DNA of 64,000 nucleotides from Stylophora pistillata (Eukaryota): NCBI RefSeq assembly GCF_002571385.2, contig NW_019217784.1, positions 1,898,863 to 1,962,862 of the forward strand, read 5' to 3'. Shown piece by piece: positions 50,961 to 61,415 of this stretch (position 1 is its first letter; each line of letters starts with the position of its first letter). The notes under the pieces were generated by a model. It saw only the letters and a program-made list of their open reading frames with translations, ran no database searches and was not told where the DNA came from. The position numbers and the translations under genes were made by a program.

Positions 50961-51902
50961 ATGGGTGTCGGTATTGCAATAGCTGCAGTTGCCATTACAG
51001 CCACTTTGGCGAGTGACGTGGCCTTCACTGTCGAAGAAGACAAGAAGCAAAAGCAACTGAAATCAGCCCTCGAAAGTGCGCAGACAGCCATCGATCACGC
51101 GAACGATTTCTACCAGAATGTGTACAAGATCGTTAAGACTCGTCTCGACCATTTGAAGCAGAGCATGAGGAAACTACCGGCTGATGTTGTGAGCAAACTG
51201 AACGACGAATTGCAGTTGAACCTCAGCAATCCAAGCAAAGTTATGAAAGACATTGGTCTGGCCCTGAACATCACACAAACTACAGTTGGGGTTGTCGGCC
51301 TCGTCTCCTACGGCCTGACCAGCGCAGGAATAGCTGCAGCCGATGGAATCGTTGCTGATATAGGAGCCATAGCCGGAGCAGCAGGTGCCGCTCTGGCTGT
51401 GGCTGGCTTTGGTTTGACGTTGTACACCGGAATAACAGAGTTGAACAAACTAAACGACGCCATAGACAAAGTGAACGGAAAACGACAACAAGCTGAAGAC
51501 GCCGTGACGAAAATGAAGAAGTCTCTTGATGGTCTTCTTTCTGCACTGGGAATGGAGGTTAGAAGTTACGAAACCCTCAGAGACATCTCCAATGACTGGG
51601 CCACTCTTGCTGCAAACTTTGACAAGTATGCAACCGCATTTTACTACGCCATGAAAGGATTTGCAATGAAGAAAACCCAGGCACAAGTAAATGATTTCCT
51701 TAAAGCAAGGGGTTGCCCCACTTTGAAGGATGACGTACTGGTCTTGGCAAATCTGATTCAGGAAAACATCATGAAAATGATGAAAGATGGGAAAACCGAT
51801 GAACAAATAATCAACTTCTATGCTAAAAACAATCCCAAGGAAGGACTCCGTTTTGTTATGGATCCATACTTTGTCAGCACACTCCGTTCTTTTGTAAAGT
51901 AA
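50961..51902 (+). CDS. hairpin-protein family member 5: intact 313-aa helical protein, putative alpha-pore-forming/membrane-active protein
   Basis: Uninterrupted ORF with ATCATGG start and AATAAA at ~52035; N-terminal hydrophobic helix, coiled coil, ~60-aa Gly/Ala-rich hydrophobic hairpin (aa ~98-158), coiled coil, C-terminal GKTDEQIINFY domain. The CDS is well supported; the function is inferred. Confidence 0.85.
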   Translation: MGVGIAIAAVAITATLASDVAFTVEEDKKQKQLKSALESAQTAIDHANDFYQNVYKIVKTRLDHLKQSMRKLPADVVSKLNDELQLNLSNPSKVMKDIGLALNITQTTVGVVGLVSYGLTSAGIAAADGIVADIGAIAGAAGAALAVAGFGLTLYTGITELNKLNDAIDKVNGKRQQAEDAVTKMKKSLDGLLSALGMEVRSYETLRDISNDWATLAANFDKYATAFYYAMKGFAMKKTQAQVNDFLKARGCPTLKDDVLVLANLIQENIMKMMKDGKTDEQIINFYAKNNPKEGLRFVMDPYFVSTLRSFVK

Positions 51903-53936
51903 CCTTCAATGCTTCCCTAGTTTAAAACAGATATTTACCTGTTATTGCAATCTTATGATAAACCTCACCCTCTGATAGTTAAGTACCTGCAGGCTTGAGA
52001 TCAAACGAGTCATTTTCATGTCAAGTTTGAAACAAATAAAACACTTCAAATCTGAGAAAATATTTAAATTGTTTTGTCATTATTTGAAAGGAAAGAAGCG
52101 TTCGCAGACCGCAGGTTAGGCAAAGTCTCCAAAACTCTCTGCGAAGAAGCTCGATCTCGGCTCGATGTTCAGCGGCTATTCGGGAAATGAGCCAGAGACT
52201 CCGGCGTTAAACGTTCCCTTCTTTGGTGGATTGATGACCATACACGAGAAAACGGCGGAAATGGAGCCCAAGTTCGATCTAGTCCCTACTCCTGAAAGCT
52301 AGAAAAGCATCTATCAATAAAGTCATTTCCGGTCACAATCATGAAAGGCAAAGCGACCGTACTGTAGGCTGACCGACCCTTGCTAATTGAGGCTAATAAA
52401 AGAAATAAATCAAATGGAAGATCGAAGGAATTTAGGCTGACCCCTTTGGTCTGCCAAGTCATCTCGTCATAAAATCCTTTCGACGCTTATGCACGAGCAG
52501 TTCATATAATGGTGCTAGGACACCAATTTCTCACCACTGGCCAAAGATGAAGGATTGAACGTTTACTAGTTTGGAAGGATTAAAACGACTCACCTTATGA
52601 TATCTCTCCCCCCCTCCCCCCGTGGGGTTACATGAGAACTAAAGTAATCTATCAAGTTAAGCAATGAACCTCGCACGTGAGCCGTAATACAAACAATGAC
52701 AGAAAAGAAACCTGTAAAAGTGAACGCTCTCAATAGTGTGTTGAGTGAGGTTACCAAGCGAGGGAGATTTCGGTACTAAACACAGGTATTTGTTAGATCC
52801 TTATGTGACACGCTCTCGGAATGCTTGCATAGTTATTGAGGCACAATCGGCTGTATAGCCCTATATCCAAGCTTAAGTATATCATAATCAACTTTCTTTA
52901 CTGTAGTAGATCTCGCGCAAGTTTTTACGCGAAACATTAGAGATGGTTAGACAGGTTTTACTTCCCTCAAAGGACACAATATTACTGATAAAAACAAGTT
53001 TCAATTGATTTTTAATCTGACCAGCTAACTTGCGGAATAAATTATTCTTAAAGGTTGACCGTGGCTTACCGCTGATTTCCCAGTCAAAAGGCATCAAAAG
53101 GAAATGATATCGTATTTGGTGATCAAGAAAGAGGACCTAGCGTGACTAGCAGACTAGTCACGCTAGCGTCACAATGTTTAAAGGTTAGGTCACTCTTGTC
53201 TAGTGACTACTGCATAACACCTCAATTTCGTTAACTCAAATTCATGGCAGCTCTGAGGAATTTTATCGATGACACTACTTCCAAATAATCAACAAAGAAC
53301 TCTTGGTCAATGAAGGCAACCTTCTTTCATTTGCTCTCTAGAAAGGCAAACCTGAATATATGGTGTGAATTGAACCAATCCAAAAGGGTCTGACTGAGCT
53401 AGCTCTTTATTTCACTTTTTCTCAGTGGCCAAGACTCACCCAAAACTGTACAACCAATCCTTTAAGCTTTTGACCCCTAAAGAGTGACTAGCATTTAATT
53501 TCTCCCTACAATATCACCTCTGAATCACACATTAAGGTCACGAGAATAAAGAAAATGATCACAAAGGAGGATCTCGATTGTTAAGCAAATTCTCCTCATC
53601 AGCACTTTAGGAAACATACAGAGAACAGTATGGAGAAAATGGAAACAGATGTCAGGGTGAAAAGGATTAAGGGGCTTAGCCATTCTGATCAGTTTTCAAA
53701 ACGAATTACAAATAAAAGGTAGAATAAAACAAATCCCTTCCTCAAGATATTGCCACAAAAGGTTAGAAAATTACTATGCAGATAAACAAAGCCAGTGAAT
53801 GCAACTGTTTCTTGACAACTCTACACTTCTAAAACAGGTGTTTATTGAAAGTGATCGCCCCAGTAGCAATAAAAACAAAGATAAAGAATTAATGTATTAA
53901 CAGACTATGTTAATCAGATGTTTTTTTTTCTACATG

Positions 53937-54083
53937 CAAGGCTGTGGTCTAGTATCGCCAAGTGGCCCCTTACTTTTGCTTGTGAAATTTTAGTTTTTTC
54001 ATCCAAAGCATAGGCTGGGCACCCTGGATTTCACAGTTTCAGAGCACTGGGCTCCATTCAATTTTCTTTAGAGCACAGCCTTG
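53937..54083 (-). mobile_element. short MITE (CAAGGCTGTG termini), copy 2
   Basis: TIR CAAGGCTGTG / CACAGCCTTG; inverted match to 13251-13413. Confidence 0.7.
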
Positions 54084-54258
54084 ACATAGATGTTACATGT
54101 AATTCAATTTTCCTAAATACCTAATTAAATTAAAAAAAGAAGTTATTCAACTGAAAAACTCGTCTTGTTAACCCAAAACTCCTAATTCATACAAGTTTAC
54201 ATGACACAAGAGGAAAATTGTTCCTGATGGTTCCTTGTGAACTGTTTTTTTTTCGTTT

Positions 54259-57200
54259 TTACATTTCACTCAACTCCTGCATTGTTGCATCCAGTTCCTC
54301 TTTCACTTTGGCATATTCATTCTTGGACTGTTCCAGTTCAGCTGCAGAAATTGAAATAAAATAAGTAAAAAAAAATCATCTCAAAGTCCAGAAATAGATA
54401 CAATAGGAAAAGAAAAAAGAACAAACACACAAAAGCACAGCATTATTTAGGCAATGGTCATCACAAAACTCTCTGACAAAATATTCATAGCTTGGGCCAT
54501 TTTGTTGTTCAGATGTGGAGAGAATAATTTTCTCTTTCAATTCATACTTCTCTCATGCCACTGCATTTCTAAATGAAAACCCTAAACAGAATCTGGCTAA
54601 AAGCACTACACCATACTTTTTACTTGGTCTGCCTTTCCTATTTGGCTTTTTCCTTTTAGTCCTTTACTCTTTTTGCATATTTTTTAAACCATTAATGCAA
54701 CTATGTGCGACTCCTTCAGGGCAAAATACAGACACAGAGATCTACATCAGTTGTTCTTAGCTAAAGAACCAGCTTCTTTTCTATTTCATGTTCAATGAAG
54801 CCTGGATGTGATGAAGTCAATTCATGTTTATCTAATCAATGAACTTCTTACCATCCAAGTTATCAATCTCTTTCTCCAGTTCTACTACCTTTGCCTCAGC
54901 TTGATTTGCTCTATCTTCAGCCTGGCAAATAAAGTCTTCAAGTTTTAATAATAAAATAATGTATTGTAAATTCAGGATCTATCAAGTTTACAAAGTCCTT
55001 CTCATCAGTATATATATATTATTAAACATTTTGTTGTGTAGTATTGCTGAGTATTTTTACGAGTTGTGCTGTATTTTCACGAGCTTGTATAACAAAACAT
55101 TTAATAAGAGATTTATTATCCAACACCTCAAATTGTTATTTCAGTGTGCCAAGTTTCATGGATATTTATTAATGGGGAGTGCGTGACAGAAGTATGTGAA
55201 GTGGAACAGAATTCTTTGTTGTGTTGCTGTTTCTGTTTCCTTTAATTAATGATAACATTTCATTGTCGTCTTGACTGCTTTTCGTTGTTTGACTTAACTA
55301 AAAAACTCGGATCAATATTCACCAGCCATTCCAACTCTTTGTTGTCAGAAAAATAATTTAAATTGTCTGCCATTCTATTTTATAACTCCAATCCAATTTT
55401 TTGCTTGCACAATGTGAGAAAACTTATCTAACCATTCTCTGGAGTAGAAATACCGCAAGATATTTGTAATTGTCTTGGGTATTATTTGTACTCTACCAAG
55501 CACAGTTGGATAATAAATACAAATATGGCAGCCAAAGGAAAACATAAACAAAACGAAATAATACCTCAGTGTACTCTGCTTCAAGCCTTTTGATCTTGTC
55601 ATCATAATCTATTTCTCGTTTGGAAGCCTAACAATGAAACACAACAACAAAATAATGGTATGTACAAATCCGAAATGATTACTTAAGTTTGAATATATAC
55701 CCCCCCCGATTAAAATGAAATCTTTTCTTTAAAAGGTGAATTTGCTTTAGATATAACTTGCCTTCACAGATGAACCCTTTTGACCGTAGCATCAGTATGC
55801 ATATTTTATTTACTGTTCTCTACATATTTTCTAATGTGTTGACAAGAAGATATTGAACAATCAAGAACCTCTTCCATTAGCTTTGATTTCTTTATTCTTG
55901 TGATTTGAATGTACGATCAGGGGTGATATTGTATGGAGAAACTAGAGGGAAGTCACTCTTAGAGGTTGACTTTGCTTTAATTGCAACATGCCCTCACAAA
56001 TTAATTATTAATTAAACACTGACCTCTCCTTCACTGACTTCTAAACTTCGCAGATTATTTCCAACCAAGGTGACCTCTTCCTCCAAGTTCTTAACACTCC
56101 TACAGACCAAGTTAAGAAATATAACATATGAGAAAATGAACATAAGAATTAAAAAAAAAAAAATTAACAGTGTTACTGGTTTAACATGACATACATTCAG
56201 TAACTGACTAAAGTAGTCTCCAAGTTCCTGTAACTCAATGCCAAAGATAGCTTTGCTTGAAGCCCAAAAAATTGTGTCTGAAATGGGCTATTAGCTAGAG
56301 CAAAATACAGTGTACCTGACAAGTTCTTGCCTTAGATCTGTCTCTTACCTTTTTTCACTCAAAATTTCATAAGTGATTCCCATTACTGTCAGCAATGCAA
56401 TTCTTACGGTGGTTTAGAGAATTTGGTTTATAACATAACTAAAGTAAAGCGCGCGCTCTGATTGGTCAATTTAGCGTCCCCCATTTGCCCATGGGTGTAC
56501 GCTGCTGACGTGAGCAAATGTAAAGACCATTTTTCCGCGCACGCTTGTTTTTTCTGGTCACATGAGATTTGTTAAATAAAAGGGAACTCTTTAGCTACAA
56601 TGTGTTAATGTTATGTTATAAAACAAATGGTAAACACCACAGCGTACACTATTGAGTTATGGATGCACTTGGGAGGTTGCTGAGCACTCAAGAAGCTAGA
56701 GTCACTCTCGGCTATTGCCTCAAGCGACTCTTACGCTTCTTTCGTGCTTAGCAACCTCCCGCGTGCATCCATAACTCAATAGTGTACACTGTGGTGTTTA
56801 CCATTTGTTAAATTGCATTGACAGATAGTCCCCTAATTGATGTTTTGCATGATTCTCATAACTTGTCTGCTTGTTATTGTAAGGAGAAATTCTGTCTTGG
56901 TCACTCACAAGAGCTACATGTAAAGGGTTAATCTGGTACACAAAAGCAGGACCATGGCATACAAATTTCATATTACTTCAAGGTGAGTTAATGAATTGTT
57001 AGTTAATGGCTGGAAAATGTTTGAACTTATCTCTACCCCTTAAAGATGGAAATTAAGATGTGGCTTTCTGGCAAACATGTAAGTGAATGTGTTGGGCTGA
57101 TATGGAAATGCGTTTTTGCTTTTGGATCATAAGTAAATCCTTTCCAGATGTGTATATTCCATTCAAAATAAAGGCACAAAAATTCCAAATCCAACTGACC

Positions 57201-60200
57201 ACCATTGTACCAATTCTGGTGTTAATTTGGGCTTAATTTTCACTGTACCACTAAGAAATAATTATTAAGACTTGACTTACTCTTCTGCCTCCTCAGCTCT
57301 AGACTCGGTTTCTTCTAATTCATTTTCCAGGTTAGCAATCTTTGCAGCAATCTTAAATAACAAGCAACTATAGCCATTAAAACAGATGCCAAGAGCCTTA
57401 ATTCCTGCTATCCCTCTTTGCATATCCATGCTGAAAGGCTTTTGCAATTCCAATTTTTGCAATTCCAATCCATTTTTTTTCTTCGCAAGACATGTACATG
57501 TATCCTTCATCAAAGCTTTCATTTAAGCAGAGAAACCTGATTTCCTATGGTTTAGCAACAACAAAATAGACCATTCCCCTTTTCTTGATTTTTTTCAGAT
57601 AAACAGGTTCTCTTTTAGGCCTCAACAATAGAATAGCTACTACAACAATTGTGCAACTTGAAGTAACAATTGTGCAACTTGAAGTCTTTTCTGCCAATCG
57701 TTTTATCAATTAAAGTGCACCTAAACCCCAAATTTTTTTTCGCTTAACGAAATAAGCTTATTTTTTGGAGTATTTCTGTGCAAAAATTTCTTAATTTGCT
57801 CAAATCTTTAATTTTCTGTGCCCAGTCAAAATACGGAAAATCAGCCGCCATCTTGCCCTACGGCCGAGTTTAAAGAGGAATGGCTCTAGCAGGTAATGTG
57901 ACGTCAAATCGAGAATACGAAAGTCTGCATTTCACACATTTTCACTTGTTTGAGAACATTGTTGCCGATATTGTCCGAAATATGCTGACTAGGTGTGTTG
58001 TATGAGGAAAGTATGAAGCGCGATACCCTCTTGCAAATTTCGCACGTTGCTACAACCTCCTACAACACACTTAGTCAGCATATTTTCAGACAATATTGAC
58101 TACAACCTTCCCAAACAAGCGAAAATGTGTGAAATGCAGACTTTTGTGTTCTCGATTTGACCTCACATTACCCGCTAGAGCCATTCCTCTTTAAACTCGG
58201 TCATGGGGCAAGATAGCGGCCGATTTTCCGTATTTTGACTGGGCACAGAAAATTGAAGATTTGAGCAAATAAAAAAATTTTTGCACAGAAATACTCCAAA
58301 AAATACGCTTATTTCGTTACGCGAAAATAATTTTTTGGGGTTTAGGTGCACTTTAATTGTTTCTACTAATACAAGGATGTAACTGTACAGTTAACGCCAA
58401 ACCTAAATGAGTAAAAATATTCTCCACATAACAAACTATGCAAGACAAACCTCTTCATACTCTCTCTCAGCTCTTTCCGCTCTATCTCGTTCCTCAGCCA
58501 ATTTGGCCTCAAACTGGGAAGACTAAATGAAGGGCAGGACCATATTTATAAACTTATTATAAAATTTGTAGTTTGAATAAGCAATTCCCTGATGCACTTC
58601 CTATCAACATCATCTTTTGAAGCCTCCTTCTTAAAAAGATTTCCAATCTGAATTGAGTAGGCAACTCAATTATGCTTGTGTAGCAAGCATGGCAAATTAC
58701 TTTGCAATGTGCCCTACTCAGGTCAAGAAGCATGAAATTTGAAACTCTGAAAAGTGATTTCCAGAAATCTGGGACATATCTGAGTAACTCTTCCTTAGCC
58801 ATACATTAACACAATTCACAGAGTAACTGGTGCAAAAAAACCGTCCGACAGCCAGCAGGTTTCTGCCACCTATCACCTTCTAGTGACAACTCTGGTATAT
58901 CACTAATAATAGGGTAATCCTACTCAATATATTAGGATTTTCTTCTGAGCAACCACATTGTCTAAACCAGAAACTAAATCACTGATTTAGAACAAAACAC
59001 AGAACTATCAATATGACCTCAACTTCAGCAACATGCAGTTAGGTGGAGCAAAATGAAAATGTTCAAGGTTCATTCTGAGGGTCGCAAAATTTACATAAGG
59101 CTAACAGCACACTCAATTTCAGTTTAAGCTTCCAAAAGCTCCATCAAAAGAAACTGGCGAGGCTTTCTCACCCTCTCTTCATCAGCCAAACCCCTGTTTT
59201 CCAAAACCTTCCTCACTCTGAAAAGTAAAGAGAGACAAGGTTAGGTACTCAGCAGATAATGACAACTTAAGCTGGGTCTCTTGTGAAATCAACCCATCTT
59301 AACATTAAATCTTTACAAACTGAACTTAAGAAGTTGTGCATATATCATATGTACAGCCTTATCTCTTAGGAAAAGAAAATTTCAATTAGTTTTGGAAATA
59401 TAGAACCAATGCCACAAGGTCACTTCAATAGGATCAACAAAACTTCCATCTAAGTCAAAATGTTTACATGCTCACAAATAAGAATACTTCAAGTTGAGGT
59501 GATTTCTGATCTGATCTGAATCCACAAATCATGATGGGCTCACCTATCAGTGGTCAAATATATTTTTAGTGCACCAATCGCCATCTGAATTGTAATTATA
59601 CCACTCTGGCACCTTGACTCCACTCACAAGAGTGTGAAGTTGTTGAGTGCTCATGATTACAATTGTTGAGTGTTTTGCGATTGTAGTTGAGCCATAACAG
59701 AAAGTAAATATGGGCAATTCATGCTTCAAGGTCAAAATCAATCAAGTGAATGTTACTGAAATAAGCCCAGTTTAACCTAAAAAATCTTGCCGTACCTTTC
59801 ACTCTCATCTGCTTGTGCCTCAGCTTGTTTCAGCTGTTCTGTTATTGTGCTCAAGCGAGATTCTGCAGCATCCAGTTCATCTTCAATTTGTTGCAACTCT
59901 TTTGTCAAACAAGATACCTCCTCTTCAGTCTAAAATTAAGAGTTGACAAATATTTCCCAAATTGACTATGAAATCACTCATTGCTGATTGTTAATCAGAT
60001 TTTCAGGATACAGACCAAAAATTACCCACATACAAATAAACAGACAGTAAGGAAAACAGAGAACTCGCAAAATTTAGCAAAGTTGTAAGCTTGGATAGAC
60101 AGTAGAGCTCTGCCTTGAAAAATGAGATGTTCTTTTGGTTAGAAATACTCCTTTTTCATGAACAATGACTAAAATTCTATCCGCTGACAGTTCTCTGCCA

Positions 60201-61265
60201 TATGCCACAACAAGTAATATTCTTACACTTAGATGCTGGCAGTTGTGAACCTGATGTGTTTTAACTGTCATCATCAAAAGTTCTGCCCTCAATAGGCAAT
60301 ACAGATAAATAAATAAATAAATAAAATATGACCCATGCTATTCATTCAACAGGCATATGATTTCTCAAAGAGGGTGGGTCGTGCCAAATGAATTTTATGG
60401 ACATGTTATAAATACGTAGTAACTCTTAACTAGTTAAATCGATAAGTTTTGATCTACTATAGTGGTCTGGTCGTGATAAAACAGAGAACAAAAAGCAGTT
60501 ATTTCAGGGTCGTGTTACCATTGTTTGTAGAAGAAAATCACTTGTGTGACGAGAAATTGTGTCAAATATTTTGTCACTGCGCCAAATATTGAACTCAATT
60601 TGATTATACTGATACCATCGCTATTAATTGCCAGCACTAAATCTTCCATAAAGCTTCACTGATAGGCAATAAAATCATATGAATATTGTGAAATAATCGA
60701 TGAAAAGACGAGCTTAGAAACTACAGTAACTCGACCACAGCTTTGTTATAGATCAACTTGACCCAAACAAGAGCTCCAAGTCAAGCGAACAAGCTTTTTC
60801 TGTTTTCATATATTAAACTTACAAATCAGACAAGCTAGCTAAATAACCACTCCTCTACTTCAAACAAGCAAGATTGCAGGCAAATGAATGAGCATTTTGT
60901 ATTTCCATGATGAGAAGGGAGCAAAGGAATGTAGGCCAGCCATATTTCTGACCAACCAGTCTGCTTGCGATAAGTAAACCCTTCAACACGAGCAATATTT
61001 GTCAAGAAGAAAACCCTTTTATAGCATATATCGAGAAAACTTCTATCCAGAAACCGTTCGAAGCCGATCAACGGGTAGTAAGTAACAGAAAGAGGTTAAT
61101 AAAACCGATGTCAAACAACCTGATCGTGACAATAATTGAAGCTGTACTCACTTTAGCGCTTCGATCATTCGCCTCTCTCAATTCGCATTCTGCCTTATCC
61201 GCCTTGGCTTCTGCCTCAGCGAGAGTTTCGCGAAGACAAGCCATCTTTTTCTTGATCTGCTCCAT
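54259..61265 (-). CDS. TPM: tropomyosin, short cnidarian type, paralogue B (~242 aa, 9 exons)
   Basis: Exons ~61265-61152 MEQIKKKMACLRETL, 59930-59797, 59218-59173 RVRKVLENRGLADEER, 58523-58452, 57351-57281, 56100-56025, 55628-55565, 54921-54852 and 54342-54259 ending ..ELDATMQELSEM*. Confidence 0.93.
56430..56812. mobile_element. non-autonomous element with a long subterminal hairpin, nested in a piggyBac-type MITE
   Basis: Inverted repeat 56622-56809 (AACAAATGGTAAACACCACAG..ATGGATGCAC / GTGCATCCAT..CTGTGGTGTTTACCATTTGTT); the flanks resume the TTAA MITE. Confidence 0.7.
57644..57685. repeat. tandem duplication 21 bp x2
   Basis: AACAATTGTGCAACTTGAAGT twice. Confidence 0.85.
57714..58352. 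mobile_element. palindromic Kolobok-like element, copy 2
   Basis: TTAA TSD (57710-57713, 58353-58356); AGTGCACCTAAACCC TIR; similar to 13991-14599. Confidence 0.8.
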
Positions 61266-61405
61266 TTTGTTTGTTGGGAACTACTCGACCAAAACCAATA
61301 TTAAACAAGAAACAGTGTGAAGTCTTCGAAGGCCAAGCTTGCGTTGAACACAGAACAACGACTGACGCCCAGATTCCCAACATTCTAAGCCAGATGCGTG
61401 CCATT

Positions 61406-61415
61406 CCATATATGG
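61406..61415. promoter_or_regulatory. CArG box (SRF site) upstream of tropomyosin B
   Basis: Perfect CC(A/T)6GG = CCATATATGG, 141 nt upstream of the ATG. Confidence 0.65.

Noticed and set aside
38692-51902. Bacterial contamination as the source of the intronless island
   Set aside because: Interleaved with host SINEs, MITEs and a LINE, has polyA signals, and is contiguous with intron-containing tropomyosin genes
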